Shown: piece after piece, positions 50,793-61,950 of the stretch
Layout: each line of letters opens with the position of its first letter
Numbering within the stretch: the stretch's first letter is position 1
Assembly: GCF_028858705.1 (NCBI RefSeq)
Contig: NC_072852.1
Coordinates: forward strand, 200,388,471 to 200,452,470
Source: Grus americana
Lineage: Eukaryota
Length of the DNA stretch: 64,000 nucleotides
Direction: 5' to 3'
The notes under the pieces: model-generated
Told to the model about the DNA's origin: nothing
What the model saw: only the letters and a program-made list of their open reading frames with translations
Database searches by the model: none
Translations under genes and position numbers: made by a program

Positions 50793-51129
50793 CTGAGTAA
50801 GACAGAAAACAGATTATCAAACACTATCCAAGTGACTCCAGCCAGTATTATTAGACACGTGATTAGGTTTATGTTGCATTAATCATGATAACATTACCTC
50901 GAATAGCTTTTAATCTGACAAGTCTGCTCACACTTGTTTCTAACTAGTTACCATGTTTGCTTTCTGATTAAATCCACTCTTTTGAACTACCTACCTTAAG
51001 CTACCCTGCAAAACAAAAGGCTGTTTACAAAGTAGTTGCCTGAATTCAAGCAGGTAATTCAGAGTTTGTATTCCATTTAACAGAGGGATAGAAAGCTTCT
51101 ATAAAGCAAGTTAGAGAGATTAAGACTCC

Positions 51130-52905
51130 TACCTCTAAGAACAGGTATGCTAAACACTTGTATTGGGTTTGCGTGGCAAGGTTTTGGTAGCGGAGGGGGA
51201 GTGGGGGAGGGTGGGTGCTACAGGGGTGGCTGCTGCGAGAAGCTGCTAGAAGCTTCCCCTGTGGCTGATAGAGCCAATGCCAGCCGGCTCCAAGCAGACC
51301 CACCGTGGACCAAGGCCAAGCCAATCAGCACCTCTGTGATAACATATTTAAGAAGGGAAAAAAACAAGTTAGAGCTTTTGCAGCTGGAGAGAGGAGCAAG
51401 AAGATGTAAGCAGCTCTGCAGACACCAAGGTCAGTGCAGAAGGAGGGGGAGGAGGTGCTCCAGGCGCCGGAGCAGAGATCCCCCTGCAGCCCGTGGTGAA
51501 GACCATGGTGAGGCAGGCTGTCCCCCTGCAGCCCATGGAGGAAGGATGAGGGGGCGTAGAGATTCCACCTGTAGCCTGTGGAGGACCCCACGCTGGAGCA
51601 GGCGTGTAACCGAATGGATAATCATGGTGATGGGAAGGGAAAATTCTGAGCAGAACGGTATGGTGATAGTTGGGTGATCATGTTTTGTTTGATGTTGCTA
51701 ACCAATTTGTGGCTGCTAACTATGTCCATCGTATAGCCCTAATCTGACATGAATGACAGAATAGATAAAGCATATAGTTGGCAGTGGATGCAAGTAATAT
51801 TTTATTTTCTGTCAAAATCATGTCCTTTGACTGAACTTTGTTCATTATAATCTAATTACAATACCAAACCACACCTCCATTCTAAAAGCTACCCACCTTT
51901 GAGCTATGACCACCCCTCACTGGGCATGCTCTTTGAATTTCTCTTAGTATGTAACTTTAAATCAAAGTGAGAAAACTTTTTACCAATCACAATAAGGTAA
52001 CTATGTGATGTAAATGTAATTTTGTAGTGATGTAAGTGTGATTTTGTAACCTAAGGGTATAAATGTATAAGGGATTAAAGGCTAGGTGTGCATGTTAGGA
52101 GGAGAGATCCCCCATGCACCCAGCACTGAATAAACCAATGTTGGCTTTCTTAACTACATTTCTGTTTGGAAAGTTTTTATTGCTGTTTGAGCGGTAACAG
52201 GTGGAGGCACCTGAAGGAGGCTGTGACCCCGTGGGAAGCCCACACTGGAGCAGGCTCCTGGCAGGACCTGTGGACCCGTGGAGAGAGGATCCCACGCCAG
52301 AGCAGGTTTGCTGGCAGGACTTGTGACCCCATGGGGGACCCACGCTGGAGCAGTCTACTCCTGAAGGTCTGCACCCCATGGAAGGGACCCACACTGGAGC
52401 AGTTCGTGAAGGACTGCAGCCCATGGGAAGGACTCACATTGGAGAAGTTTGTGGAGGACTGTCTCCCGTGAGAGGGACTCCATGCTGGAGCAGGCGAAGA
52501 ATGAGAGGAGTCCTCCCCCTGAGGATGAAGGAGCAGCAGAAACAACATGTGATGAACTGACTGTAACCCCCATTCCCCGTCCCCCTGTGCCGCTGAGGGG
52601 GGAGGAGGTTGAAGCCAGGAGTGAAGTTAAGCCTGGGAACAAGGGAGAGGTGGGAGGAGGCGTTTTAAGATTTGATTTTATTTCTCGTTGCTCTACTCTG
52701 TTTTGCTTGGTAATAAATTAGATGATTTTTTCTCTAAGTTCAGTCTGTTTTGCTCATGACAGTAATTAGAGAGTGATCTCTCCCTGTCCTTATCTCGACC
52801 CACAAGCATTTCGTTATGCGTTTTCTTCCCTGACTAGTGAAGGGGGGGGAGTGATAGAGCGGCTCTGGTGGGCACCTGGCCTCCAGCCAGGGTCAACCCA
52901 CCACA
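51130..52905 (-). mobile_element. ERV/LTR-derived insertion with internal ~46-bp tandem array, in RNF17-like intron
   Basis: GC-rich 1.8-kb block between Tudor-1 exons and the linker exon. Contains CCAAT (gccaatcagc) and TATA-like (atatttaagaaggg; gggtataaatg) motifs and AATAAA. The unit ...gacccacgctggagcag...gaccccatggg... repeats ~6 times (52190-52520), with a diverged copy at 51450-51620. The terminal ...gggtcaacccaccaca mirrors the start of the repeat at 2744. Confidence 0.5.
52190..52520. repeat. ~46-bp tandem repeat array (about 6-7 units) inside the ERV-like insertion
   Basis: Recurring units (g)acccac(g/a)ctggagcag(g/t)...gaccc(c/g)(a/g)tgg(g/a)a(a/g)gg are visible directly in the sequence. 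Confidence 0.6.
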
Positions 52906-55839
52906 GCACTTTGTATACTTATTCAGTGATAATGCATGAAGATCAAGAATTAGCCTAAGGCTAGCCAAGAGATGACCCTATATAAGACAGTACTTCTGAC
53001 TAAGCATCCAAATCCTTTGTACTGCAGGTACCTCCCTTGATTTGGGATCCAAAATGCTGGTTTCTTTTTCTGAAGCTACTCACCAAAGGTGGCAGATGGG
53101 TCAGAAGGTTTTAGAAGCCCAGCAACTCAATTCCTACAAAAGTATTCTACACCACAGCACTTCCTGCAAAGAGTGGATAGCACTACCTAGATCCAAGGCC
53201 ACCTGTGTGATCAGGGCACAGCAAATAGATGGCAGTGCTCTAGGATACTGCAAATCTGTCTCTGTGCCCATCTCTGAACTACAACTGATCATGGGCAAAA
53301 GATGGTACAAAGAATCTGGCATTTGAAACATTCTGAGCATGTATGCAGGACTGTGGTTCGAAGTTTAGGAAATGCAGTGTCCAGAACAGATGCAAGATTA
53401 CTCCTGGGCACTTCCAGTGGAAGACATGGTATCTGATTAAAAAGTCTGAATTACTTGAAAGGTTTCAGCTATAGGTACACTAACTCCTTTGGATCACCCC
53501 TGGTCTCCAATCATGTGATGAGCCAGCTGGCCTGTGTTAAGTAGACCAGGAAACAGCATGTACTAACAGCCACTTCACTAGATCAGTGGAGGCTGATACC
53601 GCCAGCCAAAAAAAGCAATAGGAGCTGGGCCAGTGCTGGATCACTAGAGCCAGATGTATCCAGAAGAGATGTCTTTAAGCTGTATGAGAGTGTTTCTTAA
53701 ACTAAACGCAAACAAAAAATCCTAACAAATCACAACTGCCTGAAAAGGATTTGAAAAATTTATCAAATATTATTCATCTGATAACTAACCCTACGAACAG
53801 GAGAGAATGAAAACCTTACTACATCAAACTTCAAATTATGCTTTCCATAATTTGAAAAGACCCAGTATTGCACAAAATACGTATTTTAGCATATTATTGA
53901 TAAAAACAATCACATCAAGTAATTGTGATCATTTCATCTCTTAAGATCTTGTTCTCCCAGTGTATATGTGAGAGATACTCAAACTTCAGTGTCTGGAAAG
54001 GCTCAAACATCACACAACTGTGATAGCTGTGAGGCATTTCCCTCTCCGTGCAAATTCTTTGATGTCTAATAAAGGGGTGAGCACACTAACTTCAGTGCGG
54101 GCATTATGAGAATTTCTCTGCTAACTACTTATTTCCACACAATTTGTTATGGACTTAAAACGCTCAAATTCCCTAACACTCTGTTCAAGTTGCATTAAGA
54201 GCAGCCAGCGAATTCAGAAGCTGCTGGACAGGAAATAGGGGACAGTGCATTTATAAGATTCTAAGGTTAAAAAGAAAGAAAACACAAACAAAACCCATCA
54301 AAAACCCCAAACAAAACAAAAAATGCAATTTCCTTAATCTTTTTTCTTTGCTAATATTATTTTGTTTCCTAGATTAAGGTAAATCTTTTTGCAGCAGTAT
54401 TTTCCACATCTGCTTCTTCCTCTGTCAACTTCTTAGGTCAGTTTCCTTCTTTCCCAATACTGTGATCTCTAATTTTCAACTTTTATTACAATTTACACTG
54501 AACACTGAATAAAGCTCAAAGCACCACACAAAACCATGCCTACAGAATTTTTGAACGAAGCAACTTATTTTCTCAAATTACTCAGTTTTGTACACTTACC
54601 TGTTCGCTCATAATTCAGAAAATCACAGATGGAGGGAGAATAAGATAACAGTTCAAAATTCAGTATATTGACCAAAGTTCAACTATTGATCTAAGAAATG
54701 AGTCCCACTGTTCACAGCAAGCACTACTATCATTATGTCAAATGCCTGCCAGGTGTTCGGAAACAATGCCAATGTTGAGTTTCTGAAAGTTGCTTGGGAC
54801 TTCCTGTATTGCATCTTCCATCTTAAAAGACAGTATAGTCTTTACTTTAGCAAGTAGAGCAGACCAGGGAGTGGTTTTGCAGAGCAAAACTGCTGGTGCT
54901 AAGAATGACATCTGCACTGTTACGCAACTCCCAGACTAGTTTGAACTGGAAGGAAATCAATTCACATGCCTCCAAGTCTGCTCTTACATGTGAGCCAATA
55001 CATGCAAACTAGGGACAGTCAGGAGATCTGCTTCCTAGTCCATTCCTGATCCCAACTAGAATGCTACCGTATGTGTCCAACTCTACAACAAATTCCAGTG
55101 TCTGCTCTCACTACTTAAGAGGATCGGGTCCCTTCTAGTAAACTAAACCATCTACCAGATAGGAAAACCACTAACCAGCTTTGTGCTGAAAAGGTGTTTC
55201 CTTCTTGAAGGGTTTCTTCCTCTGTTCATCAGCATGATATTCTGTGGGAAACTCTGTTGAATGTTTTAGGACAAAAGTTTAATGAATTAGGTTAGTTAAG
55301 TATTTATACATAGGTAGTAAAGCAGCAAACACAGTAAAGAGAAATTAGATGTTTTGTAAGAGTAATGCAAAGGTAAAAATTCTCCTATCTGATGTGACTG
55401 AAAGATGCACACACTGTGACTATGCACACATGGCCAGCCCACATGCTAATTCCAAGATCACAGAACTCTCATTACAATTTTTAGCTTCAAGACATGCAAA
55501 ACTCACGTAACATTGCACTTTGAAGGAATTCTGTTCTGGTAAGAGTTTTGTGAACTACACTGGGATTCTGGAATATGCCATTTTAGACAGTCATGCCCAA
55601 GATCTGAAATTTACTTCACCTTGATCACAGCTATATGCTACCACAATTACTCTCACATATCACCCCTGCCCTCTCCCTCATCCTCCTCAATCATTACTAA
55701 TCATAGGAATTTTCTAGGTGTGTTGTGGACACAGAAGACTCTGAAGTTAAGCATCTTAATTATACCATGGGATGCATCTATGTATTGCTCCCCTATTATC
55801 TAATTGGAATTTCCATGTTCCAACTTGTTCCTAACGCCT

Positions 55840-56040
55840 TCAGCCCTATCCCTGACCACATCCTGGACGCCAGCTTGGTAGAGTCTGCTGGACTCGCTCC
55901 AGTATGACAGCAACTTTTGGTACTGCAGGGTCCAAAACTGGACACAGTACTCCACATTCAGTCTCACAAGAGCCTAACACAGGGGAAGGATCACTTCCTG
56001 GACCTGTTAGCTACATTCTTACTGATACAGTCCAGGGAAA
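55840..56040. mobile_element. CR1-like fragment (antisense-ORF region)
   Basis: Translation ...QQLLVLQGPKLDTVLHIQSHKSLTQGKDHFLDLL resembles the antisense reading ([24 protein letters not shown]...) seen opposite CR1 ORF2 at 6801..7334 and 39747..40343. Confidence 0.4.
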
Positions 56041-56451
56041 ACGTGACAAGCTGAAAAACCTAATTGTTATGGCCAGTTAACACAGGACGATGCACTGGGA
56101 GAAGATTCAGGGAGCCAAGGGAACTGCCAGAAAAGCATCCTCCAGGAGCCAATATCAGAAACTCTGAGGGGGACTGTAACAACTAAGAGTCAGAGGGAAT
56201 CATCCAGGCAGACACAAGAACTTATGACCCCTCTTTGACAAAACTTCTGAGAAAGTTTTCATTAAGCTAAACTGAAATAGGACAAAAGAGAAATGATGCT
56301 AGCTCAAAGGAAGATAAAGTGAAATACAGACATCATTAAAGAATTCATATAAGCCGAGTGTAATTACAAACACACAACATAATACAAAACACACAAATAA
56401 CATCATGCTGGACAATGGAACGTTGAAAGCATCAGGTATTAAGAAACTTAC

Positions 56452-56768
56452 TTTCCAGGTCATCTTCAAATATTTCTTCTATTATGACATCAGGGCTGGA
56501 TGGAGACTTGGGTAGAGCAGGAATACTCTGATGACGTATCATAGGAAGTGTTTCTTGTACTTCAGTATTTTTCACTTCTTTGTGAACACCGACTTTATTT
56601 GCAAGAGCCTTTATTTTACTCTGTCTGCTAAGTGCTGGAAACATATTCTCTACAGGTGACTGAGTATCACAGCCTGGCACTTTGTCATCAAGGAGAAGAG
56701 TGTGTTGTACATTATCTTCACTATATTTGGGAAAACATTTACTTGGAGACAAATTAATATAATCCAGT
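56452..56768 (-). CDS. RNF17: RNF17-like S/P-rich linker exon (Q-LDYINLSPSKCFPKYSEDNVQHTLLLDDKVPGCDTQSPVENMFPALSRQSKIKALANKVGVHKEVKNTEVQETLPMIRHQSIPALPKSPSSPDVIIEEIFEDDLE-)
   Basis: 105 open codons inside the 120-aa ORF 56432..56794. Acceptor cttgtgtgctttctgaaaacag|A and donor GAAA|GTAAGT on the minus strand. Phases join exon 57903 (CA+A=Gln) and exon 50792 (A+GT=Ser). Confidence 0.55.
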
Positions 56769-57496
56769 CTGTTTTCAGAAAGCACACAAGTCAAAGCAGA
56801 GGTTTTATTAAGAACATATCACTATGTTAAGAAAACACGTTATAAGAGCTAGTTGAAATAAACTGTGTTATGTTTTTGAATACCAAGACGACAAAAACAG
56901 TAACATGATTTCTGAAACCTAAAAAGGACTGGCACAGAAATGGCACATATTCTTGAGTACACTTCAATACAAGAGCTACCCCTGTTTAAATGATCAGAGG
57001 TCACAGGTACAAATATAAACTACTTCAAAAAAATGTTATTGATGTGATAGATAGTTCATGTTAAAAACAAAAGGCATGTCAGATACTTTCATATTAAGTT
57101 ACTTTTCACTGTAATCTGCAGGATTTTCAAATACTACAATATGCCATAAACCTTTATAAACATAACCAGTGCTAACTACAACGGCCCTAAAAGCACTCTA
57201 TTCCATTTTCTCAAGTTTTTGTCAAAGACTGCAGGGAAAAATAAATAAGGCGGACTAATAAAATAAAGCAATTGTAATTTTTAAAATAAAAGTAGGTTTT
57301 TTTCTAATTCAAGTTCATCTGAAGTAATTTATTGTGGTATTTGACACAATCAGTATTTAGACTGTGAAGTGGAAACACTGTAAATTTCAGTATTTGCTGT
57401 TGATTTTAGAGATTTATTTACACTTATATGAAGTAATTTTCATATGCTAAAATGATAAACATCTCTATTATGTGTGCTAGGAACATGCAGACCTGG

Positions 57497-57597
57497 TGTT
57501 TAGGGTCACGGTTTAGTGGTGGACTTGGCAGTCCTATGTTAACAGTTGGACTAAATGATCTTAAAGGTCTTTTCCAACCTAAATGATTCTATGATTG
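57497..57597 (+). mobile_element. CR1-subfamily 3'-tail fragment
   Basis: ggtgtttagggtcacggtttagtggtggacttggcagtcctatgttaacagttggactaaatgatcttaaaggtcttttccaacctaaatgattctatgattg. A similar copy is at 59540..59640. Confidence 0.6.
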
Positions 57598-57902
57598 TAT
57601 CACTAAATGCCAAAGCTGAAAAGCATACAGCATAAAAATGAATTTTGGTAACTTAAGTGATACAGTGAAATATAGTTGGGTGAAAAGACAAGTAAAATTG
57701 GAATGTCAGAACTGAAACATTAACTGGATTAATTGGAATGCTGATTGAAATACCAGCATCTGAAGTTTTGCTTTGTTTCATTATACTCTTAGAAACCCAT
57801 AAGCATATACAGATTTTTTATTTTTAAATTTAATCTCCAATAAATATTTAACCATTAGAAGAACAGGTTAAGTTACTGTACCTATCCTGAAAAAATACTT
57901 AC

Positions 57903-57977
57903 TGCCCTGTTGTTCCCCATTCAATTTTGCCCAAATTTTTTAACAGAGGTGTAATCTCATCAGTGTTTAGGAAGAAT
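57903..57977 (-). CDS. RNF17: RNF17-like 75-nt exon (-FFLNTDEITPLLKNLGKIEWGTTG-Q)
   Basis: Strong pyrimidine tract + acceptor ttcttcttttctcttgag|A and consensus donor GGCA|GTAAGT on the minus strand. Open frame, phase compatible with exon 56768. Confidence 0.5.
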
Positions 57978-58124
57978 CTCAAGAGAAAAGAAGAAACATT
58001 ACAAAATGTGACATGAATACATAAATCACTCAGAGTTTGAGATGTATAGTATTTTTCAGCACAATATTCATAGAGGCACAAAGTAAGAGATTAATTACCT
58101 ACTCAAGTTTCATTCTTCAAATCC

Positions 58125-58866
58125 TATTAACAACGAGGCCAAGTAAAAGGTCCTGCATATGGCTGGGGCAATCCCAAGTACTGCTATGGGCTGGGCTGAG
58201 AATGGATTGAGAGCAGACATGAGGAGGAGGACGTGGGGGTGTTGGTGGACGAGAAGTTCAACGTGAGCCAGCAATGTACGTTTGCAGCCCAGAAAGCCAA
58301 CTGTATCCTGGGCTGCATCAGAAGTGAGACCAGCAGGTCGAGGGAGGTGATTCTGCCCCTCTACTCTGCTCTCATGAGGTTCCACCTAGAGGAGTACTAT
58401 GTCCAGCTCTGGGGTTCCCAGTACGAGAAGAACATGGAGCTGTTAGAGCAAGTCCAGAGGAGGGCCACAAAGATAACAAGAGGGCTGAAGCACCTCTCCT
58501 ATGAGGACAGGATGAGAGAGTTGGGCTTGTTCAGCCTGGAGAAAAGTCTCCGGGGAGACCTTATAGCAGCCTTCCAGTTTCTAAAGGGGGGCCTACAGGA
58601 AAGCTGGAGAGGCACTGTTTACAAGGGTGTGTAGCGATAGGACGAGGGGTAACAGCTTTAAACTGAAAGAGGGTAGATTTAGATTAGATATAAGGAAGAA
58701 ATTCTTCCCTGTGAGGGTGGTGAGGCAGTGGAACAGGTTGCCCAGAGAGGCTGTGGATGCCCCCTCCCTGGAAGTGTTCAAGGCCAGGTTGGATGGGGCT
58801 TTGGGCAGTTAGATGTAGATGGTCTTTCAAAGTCTCTTCCAATCCAAAGCATTCTATGATTCTATG
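58125..58866 (+). mobile_element. CR1 LINE 3' fragment (ORF2 C-terminus + tail)
   Basis: ORF 58233..58634 reads ...[99 protein letters not shown], then [38 protein letters not shown]. Tail ...ccaaagcattctatgattctatg. Confidence 0.85.
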
Positions 58867-59068
58867 TTTTAGCTTTCTTCCAGGTTGGGAGAGTTTGCCA
58901 TTGTGCATTTAAACAGGCTTCTCCAAAATTCTCATTCACCACTGACGTCTTCAAAAACAGGCCATACCTAACAAGTCTTTAAATTTACTAAAAGATGATT
59001 TTAAAGATACCTTTATCCATATTCTAATGATTCAACTAACATATGACAGGAGTCATAATTTTTGTCAA

Positions 59069-59513
59069 GCATTGGAACAGGCTGCCCAGGGAAGTGATTG
59101 AGTCACCATCCCTAGAGGCATTTGGCTGAGAGTTGGGGTCGTTCAGCCTGGAGAAGAGAAGGCTCTGGAGAGACCTTAGTGCAGCCTTTCAGTACTTAAA
59201 GGGGGCTTAAAAGAAAGATGTGGACAAGCTTTTTAATAGGGCCTGCAGCAACAGGACAGGGGGTAATGGTTTTAAACTAAACCAAGGTAGATTTAGACTA
59301 GATATAAGGAAGAAATGTTTTACCATGAGGGTGGTGAGGCACTGGAACAGGTTGCCCAGGGAGGTGGTAGATGCCCCATCCCTGGAAACATTCAAAGTCA
59401 CGTTGGATAGGGCTCTGAGCAACCTGATTCTAGTTGAATCTGAATCTCGTTGCAGCAGAGTTGGACTAGATGACTTTTAAAGTCCCTTCTGACTCAAACT
59501 GTTTGATGATGTT
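59069..59513 (+). mobile_element. CR1 LINE 3' fragment
   Basis: ORF 59220..59480 reads [60 protein letters not shown], plus tail ggactagatgacttttaaagtcccttctgactcaaactgtttgatgatg. Confidence 0.82.
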
Positions 59514-59539
59514 ATAAACTGAAACATGTAGACATGGTG

Positions 59540-59640
59540 CTTAGGGATATGGTTTAGCAGTGGACTTGGTAGTATTAGGTTAACAGTTGGACTTTATGAT
59601 CTGAAGGGTCTTTTCCAAACTGAATGATTCTGATTTTATG
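59540..59640 (+). mobile_element. CR1-subfamily 3'-tail fragment
   Basis: ggtgcttagggatatggtttagcagtggacttggtagtattaggttaacagttggactttatgatctgaagggtcttttccaaactgaatgattctgattttatg. About 80% similar to 57497..57597. Confidence 0.6.
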
Positions 59641-60516
59641 GTAATTTTTTCACACTTTGCATGCATATAATCAACCCTGAGCTTCATTCCTCTGTGCCGG
59701 TCAGAATCTGATGTCACACAACCACTCTATCCCCCAGAATGGTTCCATGTCCTGAAATACACGGGGTTCCCCAAGATGTTCCAACATAACACCACCTTTG
59801 TTCTATCCCTCCTTCGTCATTCCTGAACGTGGCCTTTATACACTAGGGTTACGGTACGCTGACCAGTCTCATGACCAAACTGCACAGGGTGAGCTGTACC
59901 ACAGCCATGACACATTTTCTTACTCATTTCTGGTACAGAAATCATATTTGTCACTATCAATGAGGGCAACATGGTAACTGGGATTTTGCACAAATTTCTC
60001 CTTAGACATCAGTGCCCCAAAAACCATTTAAGTCTTTCCTGAAGGTGGGAAACATATTCATTTTTAAAAAAATAATTAAGCCATTGTTTCCCCAATTTAT
60101 TTCTACCTATAAGGGGTGGAGAGGAAGTAGGAAAGTGGCAGAAGTTTGTCAAGAATTTTTTAAATGCATATATATTTGTTTACATAGCTGCAAATTGTAT
60201 GTGCTTTCTCCCTGATGCCTCAGATGAAGGCTACTGCGCATTGTCAGTGATGAGTTTATATTCATCTGAATTAGTAGTTTTTCAGTAAAATGCAAGTGAA
60301 GCAGCTCAATTTCTGCTGTTTAACTGCTATATGAATAGTTTTTGTAATCCAGTGCATCCATTTACCTCCCAATATACCTCCCACTCCAGTCATTTACCTT
60401 GGAAGTACTTTTTCCTTCAAAATATTCATTCTTGAGAGTTCAGTGTCAACTGGCAACTTTAAATTATAAATAACCTGAAATTAAGAAATACAGTCTTAGC
60501 TTCTATTGTTCTCCAC

Positions 60517-60620
60517 GTGGTCTAGTGGAGGGCGTCCCTGCCCGCAGCAGGGGAATTGGAACTAGATGATCTTTAAGGTCCCTTCCAACCCAAACCATTC
60601 TATGATTCTATGATTATACA
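60517..60620 (+). mobile_element. CR1 3'-UTR fragment
   Basis: gtggtctagtggagggcgtccctgcccgcagcaggggaattggaactagatgatctttaaggtcccttccaacccaaaccattctatgattctatgatt. Confidence 0.72.
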
Positions 60621-61805
60621 AAAAGCAGATTATACAGGCACCTATTATTTACAACATGGCAAAGCCAGAGTAAGACATGTTTAATTTTACAGAAAAACCC
60701 AAGAGTTTACTCATTAACAGCCAATAGTTAATTCTCAATTATGCCTTCTTACATTGCTAAGACCTAGTGGTTGGAGATTTTGTAACATTAGCATGTAAAC
60801 AGAAGCACGAGTCAGATTTTCCTTTTGTATGAACAGCTACTGAGAAGGTGACTTCTAAGAAAGAAGGTAGGCCGAGGGGAGGACAGTGGTGGGTGCCAGC
60901 TTGGCACCCAGTGGTGGGTGTCACACTTGACAAGATGAAGGCAAATGCCAGAAAAAAAAAGGAGGATCAGACCTCTTTCCTGGGTTAGATAAGACAGACA
61001 ATTTCTTCACGTGGACAGTGACAACTAGATGCAAGGAACACGACAGTCCAAAAGTCACACTACTTCAAAGAATGACGAGACCAGTTATTATTTTTCTCAA
61101 TACACAGACTACAAAGGATCCAAATGAAGTAACTGGGTAGCAGATTTAGAAAGAACAGAGGAAGTTATTTTATATATACCTCATTTTAAATATTAAAACA
61201 TGGAACCCACTGCCACTGCATATGCATACATACATATATTGTACATATGTAGACACACACACACACACTGCCACAAGCATTATGAAGACATTCAAGGAAG
61301 TGTTACACAAGCTTATGATACACTGAGGTAATGTTTACTCAGTGTAATGACCCTCACGTATCCTAGTGATTATAAAATCCTTAACCTTCAACTGGCTATT
61401 AATTCTGGAGTAGTTCAGTGAGGTCTGGAATGGGAAAGGCTTGAGAGACTTCTAAAGTACTGAAAACACTGCCCTTTCACTGATCAGTAAGTACCATGTC
61501 ACAGTTTTCCTGTCCTCCCCTTCCATCTGCTATTTCAGGTAGCAAGCTTTTCGAGGCAAGAACCATCTTTTTTGTTTCACATCAGTCACCAGACCCTAAT
61601 TTGTGACCAAGGCCAAATATAAACTGTGTATGTGTGTAGAGGTGGCGTAAGAATACATTACTGGAAAAATCTCAGTGTTGAAGTCAGAAAACTGAAAGAC
61701 AGATCACAGAAACTTTCAATCAAATGTTGAATGTATTCATTAAAAAGACATTATTTCACAGTGCAAGAATGTAACTACCTGAGTGAGATCACAATAGGTT
61801 CTTAC

Positions 61806-61950
61806 AGAAGGTGTAATTTTTAATTCCTTTGCAATCCTAATGGCACCAATCAAGCACTTTCTCTTCTCTTCAATGATTTGCTTTGCTTTTGCAATACCAG
61901 CACTGTAGTTGTTGATGCTCTTCACTAATTCTGCACACAGATTCCTTTTC
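61806..61950 (-). CDS. RNF17: RNF17-like coding exon (-KRNLCAELVKSINNYSAGIAKAKQIIEEKRKCLIGAIRIAKELKITPS)
   Basis: Open frame within ORF 61740..61925. Minus-strand acceptor ...tttaatacag|G is AT-rich and weak. Donor is TCT|GTAAGA at 61805; an alternative donor CAG|GTAGTT would extend the exon to 61779. Confidence 0.38.
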
